Origin: Candidatus Saccharimonadia bacterium | GTDB lineage: Bacteria > Patescibacteriota > Saccharimonadia > UBA4664 | DNA: 64,000 nucleotides | Reading direction: 5' to 3' | Assembly (NCBI GenBank): GCA_041743505.1 | Contig: JBGTMQ010000021.1 | Location: forward strand, 64,521 to 128,520 | Part shown: positions 9,057 to 18,679 of the stretch, in pieces | Layout of the letters: every line of letters begins with the position of its first letter | Position numbering within the stretch: position 1 is the stretch's first letter | The notes under the pieces: model-generated | What the model saw: only the letters and a program-made list of their open reading frames with translations | Database searches by the model: none | Told to the model about the DNA's origin: nothing | Translations under genes and position numbers: made by a program

Positions 9057-11450
9057 ATGGATATTACCGTAACCAAGCGTGATGGCTCGAAACAGCCATA
9101 TGACGCCAATAAGATTAACCAAGCACTCGAACGAGCCAGCCGGGGTTTGCCGGATCAGATCAGCATGGTGGTGCAAGTGGCCACCGAGGTTCAGCTGACA
9201 CTGTTTGATGGTATCACCACTGAGCAGCTGGATGAAGCGGTGATCCAAACGGCGCTGCAAAACGTGAAAGACGACCCGGCCTTTGATGTGATTGCAGCCC
9301 GTTTGCTACTAAAGACTATTTACAAAAAAGTACTGGGCGATTATGCCACCGACGATGAGTTGGTGGCTTTGCACCGGGAGAAGTTTGTTGCTTATGTGAG
9401 GGATGGCGTGAAGCACGACTTGCTAGACAAGCGGATGGTCGAGGCGTTCGATCTGGACAAGCTGGCCGGTGCGCTGGTGCCGAGCCGCGACCAATTGATG
9501 AGGTATCTGGGCGTGGTGACAACGCGGAACCGTTACAGTTTGCGGCGAGATAGTGGCGAAGTGATTGAGGTGCCGCAATATACGTTGATGCGGGTGGCGA
9601 TGGGACTATCGTTTCATGAGCCGAATCCGACCGAGTCAGCGATTGGGTTTTATGACCATATGAGCCGACTGGAGTATTTGCCGGGTGGTTCGACGCGGGT
9701 AAACGCCGGCACCAAATATCCGCAGCTGGCTAATTGTTTCCTGATGGAAATGCAGGACGACATGGAGCACATTGCCAAAAGCAACCGTGACGTGATGTGG
9801 ATGACCAAGGGCACGGGCGGGATTGGTTTGGCGGTGACGAAGCTGCGGGCCGAGGGCTCGCCGGTACACAGCAACAACACGTTTTCGAGCGGCCCGATCC
9901 CGTTTATGCACACCGTAGATTCGATTTTGCGGGCGGTATCGCGGAACGGCAAGAAGTTTGGGGCGTTGTGCTTTTACATGGAAAACTGGCACATCGATTT
10001 CCCGGAGTTCTTGGACCTGAAGCAGAATTCCGGCGACCCGTACCGGCGGACGCGGACGGCTAACACAGCGGTGTGGATTAGTGATGAGTTTATGCGGCGG
10101 GCGCAGGCTGACGAGGACTGGTATTTGTTTGACCCAGCCGAGGTGCCGGACTTGAACGAGCTGTATGGCGGTGAGTTTAGTAAGCGGTACTCGGAATATG
10201 TGAAGCGGGCTGAGTCAGGACAGATGCGGGTGTTTAAAAAGATCCGGGCGCGGGAGCAGTTGAAAAGTATATTGATTACGCTGCAAACGACCTCGCATCC
10301 GTGGCTGACCTGGAAAGACACGGTGAACAACCGGGCATTGAATAGCAACACGGGCACGATTCACATGAGTAACTTGTGCACGGAGATTTGCCTGCCACAG
10401 GACCGTGACAATATTGCCGTGTGCAACCTGGCGTCGGTGAACTTGAGCGCGCATTTGTCGGTGGGAGCGGCTGATTTTGACTGGCCGCGATTGGAGGCCA
10501 GCGTGCGGTCGGCGGTACGGCAGTTGGATAACTTGATTGATATTACCGAGGTGCCGATTCCTGAGGCGATGCACTCGAATAAACAAAACCGGGCCATTGG
10601 CCTCGGGATGATGGGCTTCACCGACGCCTGCGAGCGGTTGGGACTGGCGTACGAGAGCGAGGAGGCCTACGGGCTGATGGACAAGCTGGCCGAGTTTATT
10701 AGCTACCAGGCGATAGATGAGAGTGCCCGGCTGGCCAAGGAACGTGGGGCTTACCCGAACTTTGAGGGGTCGCGGTGGAGCCAGGGACTGGTGCCATTTG
10801 ACACACTGAAGCTGACGGCGGCCGACCGCGGGATCAAGATTACGGTGGATCAGGGCGCCACACTGGACTGGGACGCGCTGCGGTCTAAGGTGAAGCGCGG
10901 TATGCGCAATGCGACGCTGATGGCCGTGGCGCCGACGGCCAACATGGCCCACGCGGCCGGGACCACGCCCGGGATTGACCCGCAGTTTTCGCAGATCTTT
11001 AGCCGTGCGACGTTGAACGGTAAGTTTCTAGAGGTTAATGGCAACCTGGTGAACGACTTGAAGGCACTCGGATTGTGGGAGAGCGTGCGAGAGGACATTT
11101 TGCGGGCACAGGGCGATATTCAGGGCATTGAGACAATTCCAGCGCGGGTTAAGGCCATATACAAGACCTCGTTTCAATTGTCGCCGTTGGCGTTTATTGA
11201 GATAGCGGCCCGGGCGCAAAAATGGATTGACCAAGCTATTAGCCGCAACATGTATCTGGAAACGCGCAATGTGGATGAGATGGTGGGTATTTACTCTGCG
11301 GCCTGGGAAAAGGGCCTCAAAACCACCTACTACCTTCACATGAAGCCCCGCCACACCGCCGAGCAGAGCACTGTTAAAGTCAACAAGTCCGCTGATATCG
11401 CTAAAGCCAAGCCGGGATTCGGCTTCGGGTTTTCGAAGCAGCCGTCGTAA
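9057..11450 (+). CDS. nrdA: Class I ribonucleotide reductase alpha subunit with ATP cone, lacking the C-terminal Cys tail
   Basis: VTKRDG ATP cone, ANCFL, SNLCTEI, VCNLAS, APTAN, KTTYY; AGGAGG RBS before ATG 9057. Confidence 0.96.
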   Translation: MDITVTKRDGSKQPYDANKINQALERASRGLPDQISMVVQVATEVQLTLFDGITTEQLDEAVIQTALQNVKDDPAFDVIAARLLLKTIYKKVLGDYATDDELVALHREKFVAYVRDGVKHDLLDKRMVEAFDLDKLAGALVPSRDQLMRYLGVVTTRNRYSLRRDSGEVIEVPQYTLMRVAMGLSFHEPNPTESAIGFYDHMSRLEYLPGGSTRVNAGTKYPQLANCFLMEMQDDMEHIAKSNRDVMWMTKGTGGIGLAVTKLRAEGSPVHSNNTFSSGPIPFMHTVDSILRAVSRNGKKFGALCFYMENWHIDFPEFLDLKQNSGDPYRRTRTANTAVWISDEFMRRAQADEDWYLFDPAEVPDLNELYGGEFSKRYSEYVKRAESGQMRVFKKIRAREQLKSILITLQTTSHPWLTWKDTVNNRALNSNTGTIHMSNLCTEICLPQDRDNIAVCNLASVNLSAHLSVGAADFDWPRLEASVRSAVRQLDNLIDITEVPIPEAMHSNKQNRAIGLGMMGFTDACERLGLAYESEEAYGLMDKLAEFISYQAIDESARLAKERGAYPNFEGSRWSQGLVPFDTLKLTAADRGIKITVDQGATLDWDALRSKVKRGMRNATLMAVAPTANMAHAAGTTPGIDPQFSQIFSRATLNGKFLEVNGNLVNDLKALGLWESVREDILRAQGDIQGIETIPARVKAIYKTSFQLSPLAFIEIAARAQKWIDQAISRNMYLETRNVDEMVGIYSAAWEKGLKTTYYLHMKPRHTAEQSTVKVNKSADIAKAKPGFGFGFSKQPS

Positions 11451-11470
11451 CTAATAAGAGGGACACCATT

Positions 11471-11671
11471 ATGTTAAACGTAACCACAACTACTAATCCG
11501 GCCGCGAATCTGAGCGAGCAAACGGTGCAAGAGCGGCTAACTGAGATTGCCGCGGCCGTGGCGGCTGCTTCAGGGAGCGGACAAATCATGCCTCAGGCTA
11601 GCCGGCCGCCCCGAGTCCTGGCCTGCCCGATTGATCCGGCCGAGCGGGCGGCTTGCGATAGCTGCCAATGA
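11471..11671 (+). CDS. 66-aa protein resembling a detached NrdA C-terminal redox tail
   Basis: Own SD (AAGAGGG 11456-11462); ends ACPIDPAERAACDSCQ. Confidence 0.75.
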   Translation: MLNVTTTTNPAANLSEQTVQERLTEIAAAVAAASGSGQIMPQASRPPRVLACPIDPAERAACDSCQ

Positions 11672-11919
11672 AAGCGGGCTTTGGACGGTGGGGGCGTATT
11701 TCGGGCCGGCGGGCGCGATGTAATTTCGCCTTCCTCCGACCTCGGCGCCTTTTCTAGGCGTCGAACTTAGGGCTACTTTTTGAAAAATAAAAACGGGCCC
11801 AGCGTAAAACGCGAGGCCCGAGTGGACTTGATAGTTTCGCGCGAAGCGAAACGGGCGGTTCCTTCTCACTAATCGATTTCGAGCCGGATAACTTGTGTAT
11901 TAGGCGAAAGCTCGATTGA

Positions 11920-12285
11920 TTATCCCATGCGGATCCGGATCACGGGCGTGTCGGGCGACAGAATCAACTTATCGCCACCATCGGGACGACTCCGTAGGCT
12001 GCCGTTGTCGGTGCCGGTAAAGAAAAGGATTTCGGCCCATTGGTCGTCCAGCTTCCGTAGAAGTCCGGCTTCGGCCTGGACGGCGGAGCTGCCGTCGGAA
12101 CTAGAATCATCATCAGTGATGCGGATAATGAATTGAGCTCCGATGGGCAGGATGGCAAAGGTCCTGTGCCCGGTCGTTGTGCCGGTGATCCGGAGCAATC
12201 TTGGGCGGTCATGCGACACATCACTGAGCGCACGGATTGCCTCTAGCTCGTCGGGCTCGTAGTCTACTTCTGCTCTCTTCCCCAT
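11920..12285 (-). CDS. ORFan inserted antisense within the nrd locus
   Basis: Own TTGACA-N17-TAAAAT promoter (12355-12327) and GAGG RBS. Confidence 0.65.
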   Translation of the reverse strand: MGKRAEVDYEPDELEAIRALSDVSHDRPRLLRITGTTTGHRTFAILPIGAQFIIRITDDDSSSDGSSAVQAEAGLLRKLDDQWAEILFFTGTDNGSLRSRPDGGDKLILSPDTPVIRIRMG

Positions 12286-12372
12286 TCGAATTCCTCATCT
12301 TTCAGAGACGGTAGAACAGATAATATATTTTAACAACTATAATTAAATATGTCAATAGTCGAAGGAGAATAA

Positions 12373-13368
12373 ATGGGTATTTTAGGAACCGGCATCCAGG
12401 ATGGATTGCTGCTTAAACCGATACATTATCAATGGGCGTATGACCTATATAACCAGGCGGTGGCTAATACTTGGTTTCCGAATGAGATTCAATTGGGCGA
12501 GGATTTGGGTGACTGGAAAAAGATGAGCGATGAGGAGCGTCATGCGTTGACGTTTTTAATGAGCTACTTTAACCCAAATGAGCTGCTAGTGAATAAGGCG
12601 CTGGCGTTTGGGGTGTATCCGTACATTAATGCGCCAGAGGCTCATTTGTACTTGGCCAAGCAAATGTGGGAAGAGGCCAATCACTGTATGGCGTTTGAGT
12701 ACGTATTAGAGACGTTCCCGATTGACCGAGAACAGGCTTATGAGGCGCATGTGGACGTACCGTCAATGGCGCGCAAGGAGGAGTTTGAGGTCAGGTTTAT
12801 TAAGCGCATGACCGAGCAGACGCTGGATATTACGAGTACTGAGGGTAAGCGCGATTTTGTACGCAATTTGGTGGCTTACAACGTTATTTTGGAAGGCATT
12901 TGGTTTTACTCGGGATTCATGGTGGCTTTGAGCTTTCGGCAGCGGAATTTGTTGCGAAACTTTGGTTCATTGATTGACTGGATTGTGCGGGACGAGAGTT
13001 TGCACTTGAAGTTTGGGATAAATTTGATTTTGACGGTGATGGAAGAGAATGCTGACTTGCAGACACCGGAGTTTGCCGACGAAATTAAGCAGATGATTTT
13101 GGATGGCGTGGAGATGGAGACCGAGTACAACCGGGATTTGTTACCGAGCGGGATTTTGGGTCTGAATGCGGATTATATAAACCAGTATGTGAAGTATTTG
13201 GCGGACCGTCGGCTGGTGGAGTTGGGCTTTGGCGCGCACTATAACGTGAGTAATCCGGCCAAGTGGATGGCCGCAGCTAATGACACGCTCCAACTAGTGA
13301 ATTTCTTTGAAGCCACTAATACCAGTTACGAAGTGAACGCTAATGCGCACAACAAAACGGATAAGTAG
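12373..13368 (+). CDS. nrdB: Ribonucleotide reductase beta subunit with class Ic (Mn/Fe) signature
   Basis: FNPNE, EEANHCMAF, LEGIWFYSGF, RDESLH, NFFE...Y motifs; AAGGAG RBS. Confidence 0.93.
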   Translation: MGILGTGIQDGLLLKPIHYQWAYDLYNQAVANTWFPNEIQLGEDLGDWKKMSDEERHALTFLMSYFNPNELLVNKALAFGVYPYINAPEAHLYLAKQMWEEANHCMAFEYVLETFPIDREQAYEAHVDVPSMARKEEFEVRFIKRMTEQTLDITSTEGKRDFVRNLVAYNVILEGIWFYSGFMVALSFRQRNLLRNFGSLIDWIVRDESLHLKFGINLILTVMEENADLQTPEFADEIKQMILDGVEMETEYNRDLLPSGILGLNADYINQYVKYLADRRLVELGFGAHYNVSNPAKWMAAANDTLQLVNFFEATNTSYEVNANAHNKTDK

Positions 13369-14560
13369 CAGAGCGGCCCTATTGGGGCCGGCGTTTGTGG
13401 CGGCTATTGCCTATGTTGACCCGGGTAATTTTAGTACGAATTTGAGCGCCGGCTCGATGTATGGCTATCTGCTGGTGTGGGTGGTGGTGGCGGCTAATTT
13501 GATGGCTGGATTGGTACAGTATTTGTCGGCCAAGGTGGGCCTGGTGACTGGGCAGTCATTGCCGGAGGTAGTGCGGGACCGACTGCCCCGGTGGCCGCGG
13601 CTGGCGTATTGGGCGCAGGCCGAGATGGTGGCGATTGCGACCGATTTGGCCGAGGTCTTGGGCGGAGCCATTGCGCTGAACTTGCTGTTTGGACTGCCGT
13701 TATTGGTAGGCGGGCTGATTACCGGGTTGGTGTCGTTGGTGTTGTTGGCCAGCCAGAACCGCTATGGTCAACGGCCGTTTGAGCGGATTATTGCCGGGTT
13801 GCTGCTAATTATTCCGGTGGGATTTGTGGCCGGGTTGTGGCTGAAACCACCGGATTTGGCCGGGACGGTGGGTGGCCTGGTGCCGATACTGCAGGGACCG
13901 GACAGCCTGTTGCTAGCGGCCGGGATGCTGGGTGCCACGGTGATGCCGCACGTGATTTATTTGCATTCGGCGCTGGCCCGTGACCGGCATGGACATGTGA
14001 CTGATCCGGCGCGGCTGCGGCGATTACTGGGCGCCACCCGGATCGACGTGGCTATTGCCATGCTGGTGGCGGGTGGCATTAACCTGGCCATGGTGCTGTT
14101 TGCAGCTTCAACGCTGCATGGTGTACCGGGACTTGAGACCATCACTGACATGCATGCTGCTACTGCGGCCGTGCTTGGCGGTGGTGTGGCGACGCTGTTT
14201 GCGGTCGGTTTGCTAGTATCGGGGCTGGCCTCGACGGCGGTGGGCTGTTACGCCGGCGCCGTGATTATGGACGGGTTGTTGAAGCGGCGGATTTCGTTGC
14301 TGGTCCGGCGCGTGGTTACCCTGGTGCCGGCTCTGATTCTGCTTGGCTTTAATGTGGAACCCACTTGGTTGCTGGTGTTGTCGCAGGTCGCATTGTCATT
14401 CGGTATTCCGTTTGCCATTGTGCCTTTGCTGCTTGTGACTAGCCGGCGCAGCATTATGGGTGAGCAGGTAAACTCGCGGCTGGTGACCGGTCTGACTGGT
14501 TTGATTGTGGCGTTGATTGTGGCGTTGAATATCGCTCTGATTGGCCTGACGATTATGTAA
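13343..14560 (+). CDS. mntH: Nramp divalent metal (Mn2+/Fe2+) transporter
   Basis: YVDPGN and GATVMPH motifs; overlaps the nrdB end. Confidence 0.93.
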   Translation: MRTTKRISSRAALLGPAFVAAIAYVDPGNFSTNLSAGSMYGYLLVWVVVAANLMAGLVQYLSAKVGLVTGQSLPEVVRDRLPRWPRLAYWAQAEMVAIATDLAEVLGGAIALNLLFGLPLLVGGLITGLVSLVLLASQNRYGQRPFERIIAGLLLIIPVGFVAGLWLKPPDLAGTVGGLVPILQGPDSLLLAAGMLGATVMPHVIYLHSALARDRHGHVTDPARLRRLLGATRIDVAIAMLVAGGINLAMVLFAASTLHGVPGLETITDMHAATAAVLGGGVATLFAVGLLVSGLASTAVGCYAGAVIMDGLLKRRISLLVRRVVTLVPALILLGFNVEPTWLLVLSQVALSFGIPFAIVPLLLVTSRRSIMGEQVNSRLVTGLTGLIVALIVALNIALIGLTIM

Positions 14561-14812
14561 CTACCAGGAACTGCCGCCCCGGGCTCGCCGGCGCGTTTCG
14601 TCGGCTTGCTGCGATAAGGCGGCTGCCTCGGCATTATTCTCCTGCACAGCTTCGCTGCTGGCCTGGCGATCAAGGGCGTCGGCCTCGGCGAGCATGGCCG
14701 CTTCGGCCATACGGGCTTGCGACTTTAGACTACTAGCCTCCGACTTTAAGGCATCTGCCTGGCGTTCTTTTTCTACTGCATCATCATATAATTCAACTGG
14801 ATCGGCCATCAT
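14561..14812 (-). CDS. Small Ala-rich coiled-coil hypothetical protein
   Basis: AGAGG RBS; helical composition. Confidence 0.55.
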   Translation of the reverse strand: MMADPVELYDDAVEKERQADALKSEASSLKSQARMAEAAMLAEADALDRQASSEAVQENNAEAAALSQQADETRRRARGGSSW

Positions 14813-15302
14813 TACCTCTATTTATTCCAGCGCTTATCCTAATATGGGGCTTTGTCATGTGCATTGGTTATTCTCACGAGTAAAGCCCGCACCCAATGAA
14901 CAGATGCGGGCTTATTGGTGATAATTAGCCATCGTGATGGTCGTGCTCGTCGGTCCGGGCGTCTTGTATGCGATGGGCTTCGGCGTCGGGATCGGTGGCG
15001 TCAGGTTCAACGCTGTCATCATCAGGGTCGTAGCCGGCTGTGGTTATGACTCCCCCTTTTTACTGGTCGTTGTGGAGCAGGCTATTCCTCGTCCTCACTT
15101 CCGATCACAATGATCACCTCTTCGACAACTTCGCCATTTGAAGTTTCTCGGTCGCTACTCATGGCATTCCCCTTGCTTTTAGACCGGCTTTTGGAGACTT
15201 TGAGCGTCAGTCGGACTGACTGTAAGTAGCTTTGCCCTTTGATTACTTGCGTCTATGTTTGGCAGAAGCAATTGGTATTTTATATTAGCACCTGCTTGGT
15301 TG

Positions 15303-16658
15303 CTAGGGTTTTGTCGAGACACAGGTGCCGGCCACTGGTATGTCATTGGTGAGGTTGCTCATCCAGAGCAAAGTGTCGGCCAGGCTAATTGCCATGGTGC
15401 TGTAATGAGTGGCGCTGGGCCATACCCTTAGCTGTGCCGGCCCTTGGGAATTTGGGCAGATGCGCTTCATGGCGGCCTCTTGCTGGGACGGCAGGACTAC
15501 GTTGTCGTGTGCGCCCTCATTAATGAGCTTGGCGCTGTCGGTTTTAGCACTGCCGACAATATTGATGTCAAGCCGTTTCTTGAATTGCCGGTATGGACCG
15601 CTATTCAGACCGTCACGCAGGCTGGCCAGGAATTCGGGTGTGTAGACCGCGCTGGGGGTGTGACCCCAATAGGATAAGTTGGTGTCGATACAGTGGGACA
15701 GCACATCGGAGCGCAAGTTCTGGCGAAAACGTGGCTGTAACATGGTGGTTAGATCATAATCGTCGCGGTAATAGTCGGCGTAGCTAGTCAGGACGTAGGG
15801 GCCGAACCAATTGATGTTTGCCGAATGCAGAATGTCGGCCAGTGTCTGGCGGACATCCATGACCGGACCAAAACCGACGACACCGCTGATACCCAGCTCC
15901 GGTGCGTAGTCCTCGGCGATCTGGTCAGCCCAGAACGCGCTATGACCGCCTTGTGAATAACCACCCAGGAAGACATGGCTAGCATCGAGTGCATCGGTGC
16001 CTTGATTGAGATTGATGAGCGCCCGGACGCTATCGAGGACCGCGCGGCCCTCCAAGGCACCAACCATGTAGTGGTGGATGCGGTTAGGGTCACGCATGCC
16101 TTCGTAATCGGTAATGACTGTGGCATAACCCTGGCCGGCGTAGGTGACCATGTGCGACTGATAGTTGGCCCAGTTGGCCTTGGCCGGGTTCTCCAGGCTG
16201 GGCGCACATTGATCGCCGACGCCGACGGTGCCCGTGGCAAAGCCAAAGATAGGCGCACTCGTTTTGCCGACCGGCTGATACACCCGCGCGTAAACCTTAA
16301 TTGGCGTGCCGTCCTCCAGGTACGAGCGGTATTGCAGTTCGGTTTTGGCGACGCCGAAAACCGGTTTGGGCGTATGGGTGGTGTAGTTTTGGTGCGATAA
16401 GGCCTCCACTTCCTCGGGCGTGAAGTTGACGACCGTGCTCTGCGATAAAATCTTACCGGCGTCGACCATGGCCGGCTTTGGCTTAGCGATGGGGGTTATC
16501 GGCGTTTTGGGTTGAGGACGCAATACCGAATACGCCTCAAACACAATCATGACCCCAATAACTAGCGCCGTAGTCAAGATGAGTCGCCGGCGGGTACGCT
16601 GCAGACGGCGCTTAACGACTAAGGTCGTAGGCGAGGACGTATTTCGTGTATTGTCCAT
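15303..16658 (-). CDS. Membrane-anchored secretory lipase (LIP-family alpha/beta hydrolase)
   Basis: N-terminal TM; GTVGVGDQCAPS, TDYEG, GYSQGG nucleophile motif. Confidence 0.85.
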   Translation of the reverse strand: MDNTRNTSSPTTLVVKRRLQRTRRRLILTTALVIGVMIVFEAYSVLRPQPKTPITPIAKPKPAMVDAGKILSQSTVVNFTPEEVEALSHQNYTTHTPKPVFGVAKTELQYRSYLEDGTPIKVYARVYQPVGKTSAPIFGFATGTVGVGDQCAPSLENPAKANWANYQSHMVTYAGQGYATVITDYEGMRDPNRIHHYMVGALEGRAVLDSVRALINLNQGTDALDASHVFLGGYSQGGHSAFWADQIAEDYAPELGISGVVGFGPVMDVRQTLADILHSANINWFGPYVLTSYADYYRDDYDLTTMLQPRFRQNLRSDVLSHCIDTNLSYWGHTPSAVYTPEFLASLRDGLNSGPYRQFKKRLDINIVGSAKTDSAKLINEGAHDNVVLPSQQEAAMKRICPNSQGPAQLRVWPSATHYSTMAISLADTLLWMSNLTNDIPVAGTCVSTKP

Positions 16659-17124
16659 CCGGTATCTTCTCGATTAGTCTAAATCCTTGGCGCGCATAAT
16701 ACTTGGCATGATCGTGGGTGACAAGGCTAGCAGTGTGGGCCCCTCGGGCCGCCATCTCCTTAAGACCCCGGGACAGGAGCTGCAGGCCAATGTTTTGTCC
16801 CCGGTAGGCAGGATCCACGAACAACCAGTACATCTGGCCATTTTTGTCCCGGGGTACACTGGCGATAATATAACCGATAATTTTGGCGTTATCCTTGGCT
16901 ACTAAAATGATCCGGCGGGGATGCACGGCTGCCCAGGCCATACCGACGAGCGTATTGTCGGCCAGGACAGACTGCTTGTATGAATCATCGAAATGCTCGA
17001 AATGCGCCATGAGTGCGTCGACAAATACCTGATGGACCCGCCGTGCATCACGCAAACGCATTGGTTTTACGGTTACTGCTATACCTGCCGTCTGATTATC
17101 CTGAGTCCCGCTTGCCTGCTTCAT
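16612..17124 (-). CDS. GNAT acetyltransferase
   Basis: LFVDPAYRGQNIG motif A; YYARQGF. Confidence 0.85.
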   Translation of the reverse strand: MKQASGTQDNQTAGIAVTVKPMRLRDARRVHQVFVDALMAHFEHFDDSYKQSVLADNTLVGMAWAAVHPRRIILVAKDNAKIIGYIIASVPRDKNGQMYWLFVDPAYRGQNIGLQLLSRGLKEMAARGAHTASLVTHDHAKYYARQGFRLIEKIPDGQYTKYVLAYDLSR

Positions 17125-17146
17125 TCTGTAACTAGTGTACCATCCC

Positions 17147-17602
17147 TTACTGAACTGTCACACGGGTAGTTTGAGCAGGGTTGAGATGGTTATGCAGGCC
17201 AAAGCTGCCTTTTTTAGTTGCGGTTACCGTTTTACTCTGACCGGGCTCAAGTTTACCCACATTTAGCTCAGAATTGTCTGTGTGCGCCGGGTGGTTGTCG
17301 GAGTTGGGGTCAACCACTTTGGAGGACTTATTAATAAAGGTGATGGTCTCGCCGGCCTTAACGGTTGTTTGGTTAGGTATAAACATATTGCCGTCATAGG
17401 CAATAGTGGGCTGGGTCTTGGCGGCGGGCGAAGCCGACGCCAAGGGTGAAGCTGGTGAGCTGGCCGTGGTGGCCGGCGACGGACTGGGAGACGGACTGCT
17501 GGCCGGACTGTGGGCAGTACGCGTAAGCGCGAAGACGAGTATAGCCAGAATGAGCACCGCCACTGCCACAGCCACGGCCGCTATTGTTGTCGGGCGCGCC
17601 AT
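17147..17602 (-). CDS. Membrane-anchored cupredoxin-domain protein
   Basis: TM, S/P-rich linker, FIPNQTTVKAGETITFIN, SDNHPAHT, HNHL. Confidence 0.8.
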   Translation of the reverse strand: MARPTTIAAVAVAVAVLILAILVFALTRTAHSPASSPSPSPSPATTASSPASPLASASPAAKTQPTIAYDGNMFIPNQTTVKAGETITFINKSSKVVDPNSDNHPAHTDNSELNVGKLEPGQSKTVTATKKGSFGLHNHLNPAQTTRVTVQ

Positions 17603-17782
17603 ACGTCCCTCCTGCTATTATCTTTGATAGGCCTCATTATAACTTAGATGGTTTCGGGAATAAAAATACGGTGAGTAGAATGCCAATCCGGCATCCCGCT
17701 CACCGTTTCGAGGCTCTTCCGGGGCGAAGCTTGATTCGGTCATGTAACCGGATGCGGAGGGCGAACGGCAGACCGAGCCCTC

Positions 17783-18532
17783 CTAGTTTCCGAGTGCGGA
17801 TCCGCGTTGCCAGCCGAGCCGTCTGAGTAATTCAATGAGATTCTCGAGCTCAGTGGCCGCCGGCTGATTACTCGCCGCGCGGGTACGAAGAAGTTTGATC
17901 CGATCCGGTGTAAAGCTCGCAAGCCGTGTGCCCGGCTTGACGCCAATACTTGCGAGCTTGGAGGCTATGTAGCCGTTGTCTACTTGGGCAACTGTGGTGG
18001 AATTAGCGAGCGGAGCAAAATCAAGCTCGAAGTAAGATAGAGCCTCCCTGACCGCCTGAAAATCAAACCAACCCAGCCGGTTGTAGGCTTCGAGCTCACT
18101 CATGCGGGTAAGGCTTGTCAGGCAGCTAAAGCCCATCTTCCGCAGCCGTTTATAGGCCTGCGGACTGAGTTCAAGGAGCTCGATACTGCTACTGTAACCG
18201 GGGCTGCCGGCTAAACTCAATTCTCGTAGGGCGAGTGCCCGGATAATCCTCCGGTAGCTGAAAAGATCCACTGCAAGATCTTCTCTCAGATATTGCTCGG
18301 TTAGCGCCGCAAGCTCTGACGCAGTGCCGACACCAGCCTTTGTCAATGAGGTTGTGAGCTGGGCACTAAGCCCGAGTTCGCGCAGCTCAGTTGATGTCTG
18401 CCGGCACTTAACATCGATGATGCTGACATCATCGAAATATTCAAGAAGGCCTTCTAGTTGTCTTCGGACTGTGTTTTCGTTACCCTGGCAACGAAAAGTG
18501 ACTTTAAAGATGAGCTCTGTCACGCTACCCAT
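17783..18532 (-). CDS. Protein with tandem RNA polymerase alpha-CTD-like repeats
   Basis: LRELGLS...LTKAGVGTASEL and IELLELSPQAYKRLRKMGFSCLTSL resemble the alpha-CTD pattern IEELELSVRSYNCL..AGI. Confidence 0.65.
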   Translation of the reverse strand: MGSVTELIFKVTFRCQGNENTVRRQLEGLLEYFDDVSIIDVKCRQTSTELRELGLSAQLTTSLTKAGVGTASELAALTEQYLREDLAVDLFSYRRIIRALALRELSLAGSPGYSSSIELLELSPQAYKRLRKMGFSCLTSLTRMSELEAYNRLGWFDFQAVREALSYFELDFAPLANSTTVAQVDNGYIASKLASIGVKPGTRLASFTPDRIKLLRTRAASNQPAATELENLIELLRRLGWQRGSALGN

Positions 18533-18679
18533 GGCGCTCCATTCGGAGGATGTAGGGGCACTTCAGTCTGATGTTTATATCACCGTTTTTTACTTTCGTC
18601 CAGATGACTCTTGCCGCTAAACTGAAATTCCGCTCCAGATTGTAGTCCGGAGCGGAATAGGTAATGCCACCGCTGACTG

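Noticed and set aside
11421-11450. GGGTTTT slippery-like heptamer that could fuse NrdA to the tail ORF by a -1 frameshift
   Set aside because: It is out of phase for X_XXY_YYZ slippage from the nrdA frame (codons are GGG TTT TCG), and the downstream ORF has its own SD and ATG. A sequencing indel is still not excluded.
11672-12372. Intron, intein or homing endonuclease in the nrd locus
   Set aside because: nrdA and nrdB cores are uninterrupted, and the inserted ORF shows no HNH, GIY-YIG or LAGLIDADG motif.
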